This document shows positions 9,015 through 18,004 of a stretch of 64,000 nt of DNA, in pieces (the first letter of the stretch is position 1; each line of letters begins with the position of its first letter). Below the pieces are notes generated by a model. It had not been told where the DNA came from. It made no database searches and saw nothing but the letters and a program-made list of their open reading frames with translations. A program made the position numbers and the translations under genes. Source of the stretch: a virus (Duplodnaviria > Caudoviricetes); the IMG/VR virus record IMGVR_UViG_3300033066_002088, positions 7,605 through 71,604 of that record. One strand, written 5' to 3'.

Positions 9015-10664
9015 TTAGTAGAAACGTAGGTCAGCGTTTAAGATGCGCCACGCAACCCAGCCAAATAGCTGTGCGTGTAGGCAATCGTCGGGCTGTGTCG
9101 GGGCATGACGCCAGACCTTGCGCCCCATGCTTGTCGTCTCTTCGTAAACGTTCAAAATGTCGTCGATGGCCGGCTTCATGGCGCCACGCGGCCCGTAGAT
9201 GACTTTCCTGTTTTTCACGAACATCGCGAAGTTGTCAATGAGCGTCGTTCTGTCGGAGAGATAAGACAGCGTCTGCGGGTCGTAATCGATTGGCTTTGAG
9301 CGACTCAAGTATCTGATCTGCTGACAACGATGGGCGCCAAGACGCTCTCTCAGCAATGCGTTAGCCATCTGGCCTTCGCCAGCGTCTCCAACAATCATCT
9401 GCACTCCCCAGCTCTTGCAGACCTCAACGATCTCTTCAATCCATCCGGTGCAGTGGCCGTTTGGAAAGATCTTGTAGTACAGCGTCTTTAGGCGCCCATC
9501 CGGCAATTCGCCCCATAAGTGAAGAACTGTCCGAGACTTGACCAACCCCTCGGTGCCCTTTACTTCCGCGCCTCCGCCTGACCAGTCTACACCCGCAACA
9601 ACCTTCTTAATGTTAGGGAGGTGTCCTGGCGACAGGCGGGACAGTTGAATAGTCTCGTCGCAAAGTTCCTCGAGGAGTTCTTTAGTCAAAAGCCGAGCGC
9701 CTGTAGACGTAGATACACCGATCACTTCGTTGAGAAACTGATTCTCTGAGTACTGATCCATCTTCCGCAGGAGATTCCCCCAGCGCTCGATGGCCTTGTC
9801 GTATTCCCGAGTTCCGGTGTTCCAGGCCGCGGGTACGTTCTCGGGCATGATCGGTTGACTAACATGGAACCCCTTGAGAGCGGGTCCCGTTCGGATGCCG
9901 GTCTCTAGGTCTTTTCCACCGTAACCATCGACCATATCAACCCATCGACCATTCCGTGGATTGAGGGGTTTCCTGCACCCGATACATTCGGGACCCATTT
10001 TTCCAAAGGCTTTCGTAGTGACGATAAACGTAGATTTACCGCAAGCGTCACACTTCATCACCCATTCGCTTTGACTAGACAAACTCCACAGATACTCGAT
10101 CGTATTTTCGCTAGTCTTAGGAGTGCCCGTGTACGACGAATATTGGTAATTCGAGTTTGACATACATTCCTCAATGACCGGAATGACTGCGTCATAGAGG
10201 ATGTCCTGCACTTCGTCGAAAAAGCAGTGATCAGCCGAGTAACCACGCGCGCGGTCAGGATCGTCGAGGGCGTACGTAAACGCCATTTCTGATCCATTTT
10301 GCATCATACGAAGAAGGACGTTGTCGATCGACTGCGGACCAACAAACCCTTCTCGTACTGCCGGAGAATACGCCAAGAACTTCGCGACTCGTGTATGTGA
10401 GAACTTACGCGTCTGCTCGGAAGTTGGCGTAATGTAGTAAACCTTGAAAAAGTCGGTTCCAACGCACTCTGCAATCATGAAAGCGGCGTTGGTAATAGAC
10501 TTACCCACTTGCCGTGCAGTTTTTAAGACAGTTTTGGGGTAAACGCCATCGTAAATGGCGCGGTGCATTGGGTAGTTTTCCAGGCTGAATGGCTTACCGT
10601 CCCAATGGAGCCAGCTTTCCGCTAGCCGGCTTCTAAATTCGTGGACCTCAGTCGTATCGCTCAT
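9015..10664 (-). CDS. terL: Terminase large subunit (GpA-like, with zinc-finger insertion)
   Basis: KTARQVGKS Walker A, FFDEVQD Walker B, YTGTPK coupling motif, CDAC...CIGC insert, GVDWSGG and PDDCLHA nuclease motifs. Confidence 0.93.
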   Translation of the reverse strand: MSDTTEVHEFRSRLAESWLHWDGKPFSLENYPMHRAIYDGVYPKTVLKTARQVGKSITNAAFMIAECVGTDFFKVYYITPTSEQTRKFSHTRVAKFLAYSPAVREGFVGPQSIDNVLLRMMQNGSEMAFTYALDDPDRARGYSADHCFFDEVQDILYDAVIPVIEECMSNSNYQYSSYTGTPKTSENTIEYLWSLSSQSEWVMKCDACGKSTFIVTTKAFGKMGPECIGCRKPLNPRNGRWVDMVDGYGGKDLETGIRTGPALKGFHVSQPIMPENVPAAWNTGTREYDKAIERWGNLLRKMDQYSENQFLNEVIGVSTSTGARLLTKELLEELCDETIQLSRLSPGHLPNIKKVVAGVDWSGGGAEVKGTEGLVKSRTVLHLWGELPDGRLKTLYYKIFPNGHCTGWIEEIVEVCKSWGVQMIVGDAGEGQMANALLRERLGAHRCQQIRYLSRSKPIDYDPQTLSYLSDRTTLIDNFAMFVKNRKVIYGPRGAMKPAIDDILNVYEETTSMGRKVWRHAPTQPDDCLHAQLFGWVAWRILNADLRFY

Positions 10665-10684
10665 GACACACAGGAGGAGAGAAC

Positions 10685-11950
10685 GTGACGAAAACCGTTG
10701 GAGAGAGCAGCACCGAAGAACAGACCTTCTACGAGAAGATGGACATCGGACTCGTCACGCCGGGGCAGTTCCAGGCGATGATCGACGACGCGGCCGATTC
10801 CCCCCGTGTGGTCTTGTGCGGCGTCGGCAAGCCGGGCGTGGGGAAGTCGCAGAGCGTGTACCAGTGCGGTAAGCGCCGGTCGGCGCCCGTCATCGTCCTG
10901 CACATCCCGCAGATGTCGATCGAAGATTTCCACATCCCTACCAATCCGTCGGATCCGGGGGACCGACGCTTCTACGATAAACGCATCCCGCGAAAGTTCC
11001 AAGTTCTTTTCGAGTACTTGGCGCAATTCAAAGACGGCTCGGTGCCCGTGGAGCGCCGCCCCATCATCCTCGTGGAGGAGCCGAACCGCGCCAGGGAAAA
11101 GAGCGTCACCACCGCGTGCTTCACGCTGTTCGAGGACCGCATCATCGGCGATCAGCGAATCCCCGATGAAGTCCAGATCGTCACCTTGATGAACCCCGGA
11201 GGTGGCGGCGCGTCGGTCAATTCCTTCGAGAAGGACACCGCCGCACGTCGTCGCCTTTCGTTCGTGGGAGTCACGTACTCCTACGGCGAGTTCATGGAGC
11301 ACGCCATCAAGAACGGGTTCCATGAGAAGGTCTCCGAGTTCCTGGAGGCCCAGCCCTCGATGGTCTACGACGACGACGCTGCATCGGCGGGCAAGGTGTT
11401 CGCTTGCCCGGCCTCGTGGGAAACGGTGTCAAGCATCTGCAAGCGCTACGACGCCGGCAAGACCCCCTTCTCCACCGCGCGAGCGGAGGCCATGATCGCG
11501 AGCAAGCTCGGGATGACGACGGCCAAGCGGTTCATCGACTTCGTCGAGAACAAGGTCTCGATCATCACGCCCAAGCAGATTCTCGAGCAGTACAAGGACA
11601 AGAGCCGCGTGCGCGCTCAGATCAAGAAGCAGATCGAGGACGGGCGTACGGACGCCCTCGCGGAAGAATGCAAGAACCTCGCGATCTACCTCTTCCGCGA
11701 CAAGCGGGCACCCAAGTCCTACGGGGACGAACTCGCCTTGTTCATGGCGGATCTCCCGGATGACGTGCTGGTCGCGTTCATCAGCCAGTATCTGGCCGGG
11801 GAGTCCAAGGCGTCCAACGAAAATCGAACGTACTTCACGAAGATGAACGAGGACCTGGCCGGCAACAAGATGTTCAACGACGCCATGCGCCGCCAGCAGG
11901 AGACCAAGCGCAAGATGCAGGAGGCCATGGCCAAGAAGAAGGAGGTGTAA
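10685..11950 (+). CDS. MoxR-type AAA+ ATPase
   Basis: GKPGVGKS Walker A, ILVEEPNRA Walker B, TLMNP sensor, ARRRL Arg finger; AGGAGG SD before the GTG. Confidence 0.9.
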   Translation: MTKTVGESSTEEQTFYEKMDIGLVTPGQFQAMIDDAADSPRVVLCGVGKPGVGKSQSVYQCGKRRSAPVIVLHIPQMSIEDFHIPTNPSDPGDRRFYDKRIPRKFQVLFEYLAQFKDGSVPVERRPIILVEEPNRAREKSVTTACFTLFEDRIIGDQRIPDEVQIVTLMNPGGGGASVNSFEKDTAARRRLSFVGVTYSYGEFMEHAIKNGFHEKVSEFLEAQPSMVYDDDAASAGKVFACPASWETVSSICKRYDAGKTPFSTARAEAMIASKLGMTTAKRFIDFVENKVSIITPKQILEQYKDKSRVRAQIKKQIEDGRTDALAEECKNLAIYLFRDKRAPKSYGDELALFMADLPDDVLVAFISQYLAGESKASNENRTYFTKMNEDLAGNKMFNDAMRRQQETKRKMQEAMAKKKEV

Positions 11951-12256
11951 CTGGAAGCTCGTAAACTACTGCCGGGTGATGTTGTTCAACTGAGCCCGGA
12001 GATCGGAAACAGCGCTTTCGGAGGATGTTTTATGATGGTGACGGATCCAAAGCCCTGGGGTGCCCAGGGCTTTGTCGCCATTCCCGTAGAGCGTGGGAAG
12101 GTACCCAGTGAAGCATATTACCGGGCGAAGTGGGAAGAGATGGAATTCATCGGCCGGGCGGAGTTCATGCCCCGGGACGTGAACGAAGCGCGCATGGAGG
12201 CTGAAGACGCGCAGTACCAAGGGGAAGTTGCAGACGGCAAGCAAGGAGCATTTTGA
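11951..12256 (+). CDS. Conserved-looking phage protein, probably starting at CTG 11951 rather than ATG 12032
   Basis: AAGGAGGT SD at 11939-11946. The in-frame extension LEARKLLPGDVVQLSPEIGNSAFGGCF reads continuously into MMVTDPKPWGAQGFV. Confidence 0.7.
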   Translation: MEARKLLPGDVVQLSPEIGNSAFGGCFMMVTDPKPWGAQGFVAIPVERGKVPSEAYYRAKWEEMEFIGRAEFMPRDVNEARMEAEDAQYQGEVADGKQGAF

Positions 12257-12426
12257 TGCCGTTCCGTAAACTCCCCAACAACGACAAGTGGCACCTGCAA
12301 AACGGCTGCAAGGACCGTGAGCACAACCCACCAGGGTTGATCGTGCTCGATGACGGCGTTCACGAATACACGTGCCCTGGTTGCGGGCACAAGCAGTACA
12401 TCGTCGTAAATAAACCTAGATTGTAG
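12256..12426 (+). CDS. Small zinc-ribbon protein (56 aa, not in the ORF track)
   Basis: TGATG overlap with the previous gene; AAGGAG SD; C...HNPP...HEYTCPGCGH pattern. Confidence 0.75.
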   Translation: MPFRKLPNNDKWHLQNGCKDREHNPPGLIVLDDGVHEYTCPGCGHKQYIVVNKPRL

Positions 12427-13102
12427 GGCCAGAAACGCGAACGATTTCTTCGGCGGCGCGGCGAATCATCGTGTCGACGTAGATCCGAATCGTAGCTAAC
12501 CGGGCAAGCTGTACGCCTTCGGCTGTCTCAGGGAACGGGTGCGTGGAAAGCGTGGATTTGTCCAGCGACTTCCACTCTTCCCGTACTCGTTCCCTGAGAC
12601 TCGCCGAGTCCTTTGTAAGCTTATCCAGAGCCTCCTGGCCGAACGCAAGTTCATCAGGGGCAACGACGATGCCCGTCCTGTATAGGACAACAGAAGCGTA
12701 AATCGCCGGCTCGTGGTCGAATTCAGTGCTCTCGAAACTTGCGCGGGTGCGGAGGCTCCTCGCTTCGCAAACCGCCCACGCCAGTTGCGAGGGCGTGGCT
12801 TCCTGCAGGATTCCTGGTTGGGGAAGGATCGACGAAAACGCTAGTGCCGTCTTTTCAAACACGACGGCGTCCCAGTAAAACGAGTGTACTGTCTCTAAAG
12901 TGAGAGCCGCAAGGAGCTTGACGCGATTGATTTCTGGTGGGTCGATGCCGTGCGTAGCTAAATCCATCCAAATGGATTCCGGCTCAACGCCGTGAAGATC
13001 ACCAATCAGTTTTTGAGCCGCGGCATGAACGCCAGAGGCGGTAGAGGTTCCATCGGAAATGATGGCTCTAGCTTCGGCTTCGGGCGTGGCTAGTTTTTGC
13101 AT
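12416..13102 (-). CDS. Probable virion/head-associated protein
   Basis: Late strand; translationally coupled (TAATG) to the upstream gene; near terL; begins MQKLA. Confidence 0.5.
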   Translation of the reverse strand: MQKLATPEAEARAIISDGTSTASGVHAAAQKLIGDLHGVEPESIWMDLATHGIDPPEINRVKLLAALTLETVHSFYWDAVVFEKTALAFSSILPQPGILQEATPSQLAWAVCEARSLRTRASFESTEFDHEPAIYASVVLYRTGIVVAPDELAFGQEALDKLTKDSASLRERVREEWKSLDKSTLSTHPFPETAEGVQLARLATIRIYVDTMIRRAAEEIVRVSGPTI

Positions 13103-14094
13103 TAGTGGAACTGACGGCCTAGAGCGCTCTTCATGTCCATCGGGAGCGTCTCTAGGATGGTGGCCAGTCGATAGGGGTCAACTCCGCCATGGCCGTCTGA
13201 CGCCTCGCGAACGAGGTCGTCTCCTAGCACGTCGCCGTAGAACGAAGATGGGCGCATCGCAAGCTGCGATGCAGTGACGTACCTTCCGCCCAGGTTGACC
13301 CCCGGCTCCGCTACTTTTTCCGTGTTGAAGACGGTCTGTAGCGGGTCGGGCAACCGTTTGTCATAGTGCTGCTCAAGGCCCCCTCGTTTGTCCAGTTCAT
13401 GGATAGCAGAGGCCATCTTAACCAGAGCACCTCGATCACGGATTTCAGGGGGCTGCGCACGAAGGCCGTCGGCCATCTGCTGAAATGCCTGCTTGACGAT
13501 AGGGTCTTTCGCCGCTTCTACGCGCGCGTCGAGCCACCGCCGCATTGTGTCTGTAGAAGAAACAGTGAAGCCCGCCAACTTGAGCGTCTGCGGACCAAGC
13601 TTGACGTTGAATTTAGCGGCTTTCTCAACGAGACGACCACACGCCTGAGCGCGGCTGGGAATGGAAAGACGGGTAAATCCGTCAATCAACTTCTGTTCCG
13701 CCACTCGGACGTCTTCGGCGCACTTGACCCGAAGGGCCTTCTTTTCAGGTAGCAGGTAGTCATCTGAATCATCGGCTGCAGCAACCTTTTGGCGCTGGAA
13801 CCATTCCTCGGGAATGCCATAAGCTTCGCAAGCTTCCTTGAGTGCCAGGTCAACTTCCACCGGAACCGCCGGTAAGGCGCTTCGGTAAACTCTTGACATA
13901 ATGGCATTTTCCCGCGTATGAATGGCGAAAGCACGTTTTTCTTGCCAAGCATATGCAGTATCGGGGAGTGCGTCACGCTCTTCGATTTGCACGTTTGCAT
14001 GCTTAATCGCTTCCTCAACTTCTCGGGGAAACCGGTCGAGCAGGGGAATTAGGGAAGCGAAGGCGGGATCTCTGTGCTGGTCAACGACGGTCAT
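13102..14094 (-). CDS. Probable head/internal protein with repeated K-x-A motifs
   Basis: Start moved to ATG 14094, 6 nt after TATAAT; KVAAA, KLAG, KQAF, KMASA, KVAE motifs. Confidence 0.55.
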   Translation of the reverse strand: MTVVDQHRDPAFASLIPLLDRFPREVEEAIKHANVQIEERDALPDTAYAWQEKRAFAIHTRENAIMSRVYRSALPAVPVEVDLALKEACEAYGIPEEWFQRQKVAAADDSDDYLLPEKKALRVKCAEDVRVAEQKLIDGFTRLSIPSRAQACGRLVEKAAKFNVKLGPQTLKLAGFTVSSTDTMRRWLDARVEAAKDPIVKQAFQQMADGLRAQPPEIRDRGALVKMASAIHELDKRGGLEQHYDKRLPDPLQTVFNTEKVAEPGVNLGGRYVTASQLAMRPSSFYGDVLGDDLVREASDGHGGVDPYRLATILETLPMDMKSALGRQFH

Positions 14095-14100
14095 GCCAGG

Positions 14101-14129
14101 ATTATAGGCAGGTATACCGCACAGATCAA
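14101..14129 (-). promoter_or_regulatory. sigma70-type leaderless promoter TTGATC-17-TATAAT
   Basis: Minus strand TTGATC (14129-14124), 17-nt spacer, TATAAT (14106-14101), then 6 nt to the ATG, no SD. Confidence 0.7.
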
Positions 14130-14158
14130 CGCCGGAATTGTCAAAGGAGAACAGTGGG

Positions 14159-14464
14159 ATGAGCGATCGCACCGCTGAATTCGACAGGACTAGACTAGCC
14201 TATGTAACCAGTGAAAACGCGTTCACTTTCGGCATTGTTCCCGTGGTCCCATTGGACATGGGTCTTTTCTTGGACCATTGGGGTGTTTTTGTGAAATGCG
14301 CCATATGCGGGGAGGTCGACCATGAAAATCGCGACGATCCCACAATGTTTCACACCGATTGGTGCCCACTGAAAGGGCAAAGAACCGCAGCTTTCGCGAG
14401 ATTCGACGTCGACGTTTGTGAATTGTTCATCGGCGAACTCCGAGCGGGGTTTCCCGGAACCTGA
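14159..14464 (+). CDS. Hypothetical protein with CxxC...HxxxC
   Basis: AAGGAG SD; CAICG...HTDWCP. Confidence 0.6.
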   Translation: MSDRTAEFDRTRLAYVTSENAFTFGIVPVVPLDMGLFLDHWGVFVKCAICGEVDHENRDDPTMFHTDWCPLKGQRTAAFARFDVDVCELFIGELRAGFPGT

Positions 14465-14474
14465 AAGGAGCGAA

Positions 14475-15836
14475 ATGGGCTACACGCTGAACGAGGCGAT
14501 TTACTATCTCATCCAAAAGCCCGGGGCGGGCAAGAGCTTCTGGGCCAGCGTATTGAACGGTTGTCATCGAGTCCCTTCCGAGAAGGTTCGGCTGATGGGC
14601 GTGGGAATCCACCGCGGCAAACTGGTCCTCTTCTACAACCCGCGCTTCATGTCAGAGGCCCCTCTCGCAGAAATTGTGGCCACGGTGGAGCACGAGGGAA
14701 TCCACGTCGTCATGGACCACATCCCGCGGTTCCTGGAATTCCTCTCGCACTTCAAAGAAAAAGAAGACAGGAAGCGGGCTATCCAGGCGTCCAACATCGC
14801 TCTGGATTTCGCCGATAATTGTCTCCTTCGAAAGAGCCCTGATTTCCGGCCGGTCGATGACGGGCACGTATTTCCTTGGCTCATGCCAGAGATGGACCCG
14901 TTCAAGCTCCCTGCTGACAAAGCTGCCGAGTGGTATTTGGCGGAATTGATGAAAGACGAGCACCAGGAGGGCGTCAAGAAGATCACGGGCAGTGACCACG
15001 GAATGTGGCTGTTGGTTGACGAACACGGCAACCTCCTGGACGCGGACGGAAACCCGCTCACTCCGGACGAAATCAAGAGCCTCGGCCACCGCGTTCGTAC
15101 GCAGCTCAAGCAACTCCTCAAAGAGGTCCGTGACGATTTCAAGAAGGGGCGCGGGCTGATTCCGGCGGGCGTTGACGAGTGGCTCGATGAATACCTTCGC
15201 CCGCCGATTGTGCCGTGGTGGCAGTACTTCCAACAGCTCATCACGAACGCACGGCTCACGAAGCCAAAGCGGAGTATCGAGCGGCCCAATCGCATGTTGA
15301 TGGCGATGGCGGAAGATGCACCGTTCGTTCTTCCGTCTATCGGACGGTCCTACGACCCGTCATTCAACATCATCTACATGGAAGACACTTCGGGCTCAAT
15401 GGGAATCGAAGAGCTGCAAATCACCCGCAGCGAACTCCACAACATCATGCGGACTGACGACGAAATTCGTGTCCGTCATCTCCAGGGGGACGCGGCAGTA
15501 CATTACGACAAGCTTCTCACGGGGACGGACGAGATCACCAAAAGCGTCATCGGCAGAGGCGGAACTTCCGCCGAAGCATATTTTCAGTACATTTGGAAAT
15601 ACGTCGATGATGCGGACCACCGACCAGACCTCGTCATCATTGCAACCGATGGTTACGTAGGCGGTGTCAGCGACCAAGCCCGGCTTCCACCGGAAATACC
15701 GGTAATCTGGCTCGTCACGCCGGATCGCTACGGTCATGGTGAAACCTCGGCCGCGGCGGGGCTTCGCAAGGAGGGGTATGGGGAGGTCCTCGTGGCGGAT
15801 CCGTCTCATCGACATCTCTACAACGGACAAGGGTAA
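14475..15836 (+). CDS. Metallopeptidase-like + vWA protein (DUF2201-like), partner of the MoxR ATPase
   Basis: EHEGIH HExxH motif; MIDAS DTSGS...GGT...TDG; AAGGAG SD before ATG 14475. Confidence 0.88.
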   Translation: MGYTLNEAIYYLIQKPGAGKSFWASVLNGCHRVPSEKVRLMGVGIHRGKLVLFYNPRFMSEAPLAEIVATVEHEGIHVVMDHIPRFLEFLSHFKEKEDRKRAIQASNIALDFADNCLLRKSPDFRPVDDGHVFPWLMPEMDPFKLPADKAAEWYLAELMKDEHQEGVKKITGSDHGMWLLVDEHGNLLDADGNPLTPDEIKSLGHRVRTQLKQLLKEVRDDFKKGRGLIPAGVDEWLDEYLRPPIVPWWQYFQQLITNARLTKPKRSIERPNRMLMAMAEDAPFVLPSIGRSYDPSFNIIYMEDTSGSMGIEELQITRSELHNIMRTDDEIRVRHLQGDAAVHYDKLLTGTDEITKSVIGRGGTSAEAYFQYIWKYVDDADHRPDLVIIATDGYVGGVSDQARLPPEIPVIWLVTPDRYGHGETSAAAGLRKEGYGEVLVADPSHRHLYNGQG

Positions 15837-15882
15837 AAGAACCTGTAACGCGTGATTTAAAAAAGGAAAAGGGAGACCACAG

Positions 15883-16044
15883 ATGAAGACGTGCGGATTC
15901 TGCTTCAAGGGGAAAATGGTACCACGCGGTAGCCTGGGCACTGCGGGGTACCTGCGTGCCAAGTGCAACAGCAAGTGGTGTGGCATGACTACCAAGTCGC
16001 AGGTGTCCCCGCCCCTGAGCCGGGCGCTGAAGGTGACGCCGTAG
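15883..16044 (+). CDS. Small zinc-ribbon protein (53 aa, not in the ORF track)
   Basis: GGGAG SD; MKTCGFC...KCNSKWCG. Confidence 0.65.
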   Translation: MKTCGFCFKGKMVPRGSLGTAGYLRAKCNSKWCGMTTKSQVSPPLSRALKVTP

Positions 16045-16529
16045 TGGCGTTCGGCGACGACGAAGAAGACCTGGTACCGGCCGGGACGGAAGTCAGCGCT
16101 GCGCGGGCGCTTCTCGCGCACTACAACACTGCCATGGCGTCACGTCTCGCGCGTTTCGTCATGGAGAAAGCCAGTGCCGAGAGCCAGGAGGCGGTCGCAG
16201 GTGCCGCCCTGGAGCTGGTGGAGAAAGCCGCTGAAAAAGTGCTGTGGGACGCCCTTCTGGGGATTGTCAGGACTGCTTCTGAGCGGTATGTCGCGACGGT
16301 GGAATTCAAGGCCATCGTCGACAAGCAGGTCGCTGAATTCGCCAACAAGTGGCTCTACCAAGCATTGGAAACCGTCGCAAATGAGGCGGTAAGAAAGTTC
16401 TCCCGCAGTGCGCACATGGAGAGCTTCATGGCGATGGTTCCGGGGCGTCTCATGGCTGCGATCGACAAGGCCGTCGAAGCGGAGGCTCAATTGGCGATGG
16501 CCACCGCCAAGGACAGGGGAAATACGTGA
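16044..16529 (+). CDS. Helical/coiled-coil hypothetical protein
   Basis: GTG start overlapping the previous TAG; Ala/Glu-rich helices; followed by a terminator. Confidence 0.65.
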   Translation: MAFGDDEEDLVPAGTEVSAARALLAHYNTAMASRLARFVMEKASAESQEAVAGAALELVEKAAEKVLWDALLGIVRTASERYVATVEFKAIVDKQVAEFANKWLYQALETVANEAVRKFSRSAHMESFMAMVPGRLMAAIDKAVEAEAQLAMATAKDRGNT

Positions 16530-16533
16530 AAAG

Positions 16534-16560
16534 AAAAGGGCCCCGTAAGGCCCTTTTTTT
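16534..16560. terminator. Bidirectional intrinsic terminator
   Basis: AAAAGGGCC-ccgtaa-GGCCCTTTTTTT between convergent genes. Confidence 0.85.
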
Positions 16561-18001
16561 AGCTTGCGGAGCAAACTGAGTTGTAATCGAAGTCAGGACA
16601 TACTGCGAGTACTGCCGCCAGCGTGGCTGCCTCGACCGCCAACGCGGATGAAACGGCATTGTTCGCGGTCGTGAGACCGGTCACTGCGTTATCGTAACTT
16701 GTGCGAGCGGCGACGACGTCAGAATTAACCGACGTTAGATAGTTGTTTATAGCCGTAGCGAAAGTGCCGTGATTAGACACTCCCTGTGCAACCGTACCAG
16801 AATTCGCGGTTGCCAGATCCATGGCAGACTGAAAAGTCGCCTCATCAGTAGCGAACGCGGTAATTTGTGAGCCCGCAAGAGTAAGAGCATTATTGAATGT
16901 AGTTTTGTCGCCGCCAGCTGCGCAACCAGCTGCGGCTAGAAACGTCACACCTGCGGACTTCAGTGTGCTGAATTCTGCAAGCAGTGCAATAGCGGCAGAC
17001 ATGAATGTCGAACTTGCGACATTCAGCGTATCCAGGTACGTTTTTGCGTTTGTAATCTCTGCCGTGCGCATCAACGCGCCGTCGAGCGATCCACTTACTG
17101 TATCTTGGTAGAACTTTTGAATTTGAGTGGCCAGCGCTTTTAGACTGGCCAAATTGTCTTCAGTATAAGTGACCAAGTCTTGCGCGGGGACCACGGCGGA
17201 CTGCGCCGCTCCTCGTGCTTTCTTAGCGGTCTTATAAGCGTTGATCAGCGCTTGCACGGCTTCTGGACTCAAGGAATTACTGAGTGGGATCAGAATGCTC
17301 AATGAGGACGCGACGAACTGATTCGTATACGTTTCCCAATCCGAAACCAAGGCGCCAACGCGATCTTGAATTACCTTTTGTGCAGCGACTGCTGTAGCCA
17401 AGTCCGTGAATCGATTCGTGGCAGTGCTGGAAAGATACTGAAAAGAACTGCTGCCCGGATTAGCAATAAGCGCGGCGTCCCGGCCTTGCGGTAGCGCCGT
17501 GAGATCTGCCAAATTAGCAACCCGCGCAAACACGTCGGACTTAGAATCGGTCCTGTCAACGACTTGAAGAACGAATACCGTAAGCGTAGGCAGCGTACCC
17601 AGGCCCGTCAGTGCACTTTCAATATCGAACGATTGAAGGGTTGGCCCTACATAGCGGACAGCCCGTGTCTGCGTGAGAATGGATCCGTTAGTTGCGGTGC
17701 CAGACAGCGTGACAGTTGTCGACGGGCCCGGGCCGTCATTTGAAATCGCGATACTTCCGGTTTGCGCCCCAGACGACGATGGTGAAAAGTACACATCCCA
17801 GGAAACTGATCCGCCGGGTCCGACAACTGTTGGAAATTCCATTCCTACGACCGTAAACTGACCAGTAACTACACCGGCGGTAAGGTGAAGATCGGCGTCT
17901 CCGGTATTTGTTAGGGTTAGCGTAACTGCCACAGATTGTGTGCCAGTACGTGCCGTTCCAAACGACAGGGCCCCTGCGCTAACTACTAGGTTTGCAGACA
18001 T
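16559..18001 (-). CDS. Virion accessory protein: N-terminal Ig-like (choice-of-anchor D/ASH-type) domain, middle domain, long coiled coil
   Basis: LSFG...TLTLTNTGDADL...FSPSSSGAQTGSIAISND...TVTLSGT Ig-like pattern; heptad-rich C-terminus. Confidence 0.7.
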   Translation of the reverse strand: MSANLVVSAGALSFGTARTGTQSVAVTLTLTNTGDADLHLTAGVVTGQFTVVGMEFPTVVGPGGSVSWDVYFSPSSSGAQTGSIAISNDGPGPSTTVTLSGTATNGSILTQTRAVRYVGPTLQSFDIESALTGLGTLPTLTVFVLQVVDRTDSKSDVFARVANLADLTALPQGRDAALIANPGSSSFQYLSSTATNRFTDLATAVAAQKVIQDRVGALVSDWETYTNQFVASSLSILIPLSNSLSPEAVQALINAYKTAKKARGAAQSAVVPAQDLVTYTEDNLASLKALATQIQKFYQDTVSGSLDGALMRTAEITNAKTYLDTLNVASSTFMSAAIALLAEFSTLKSAGVTFLAAAGCAAGGDKTTFNNALTLAGSQITAFATDEATFQSAMDLATANSGTVAQGVSNHGTFATAINNYLTSVNSDVVAARTSYDNAVTGLTTANNAVSSALAVEAATLAAVLAVCPDFDYNSVCSAS

Positions 18002-18004
18002 CCG

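Noticed and set aside
10661-11323. 220-aa antisense ORF over the AAA ATPase, and similar long shadow ORFs (14633-15295, 15396-16121, 18593-19945, 22090-22749, 55574-56236, 59334-60140, 60991-61530)
   Set aside because: They lie opposite well-supported GC-rich genes and have no SD or motifs; long stop-free antisense frames are expected with biased codon usage.
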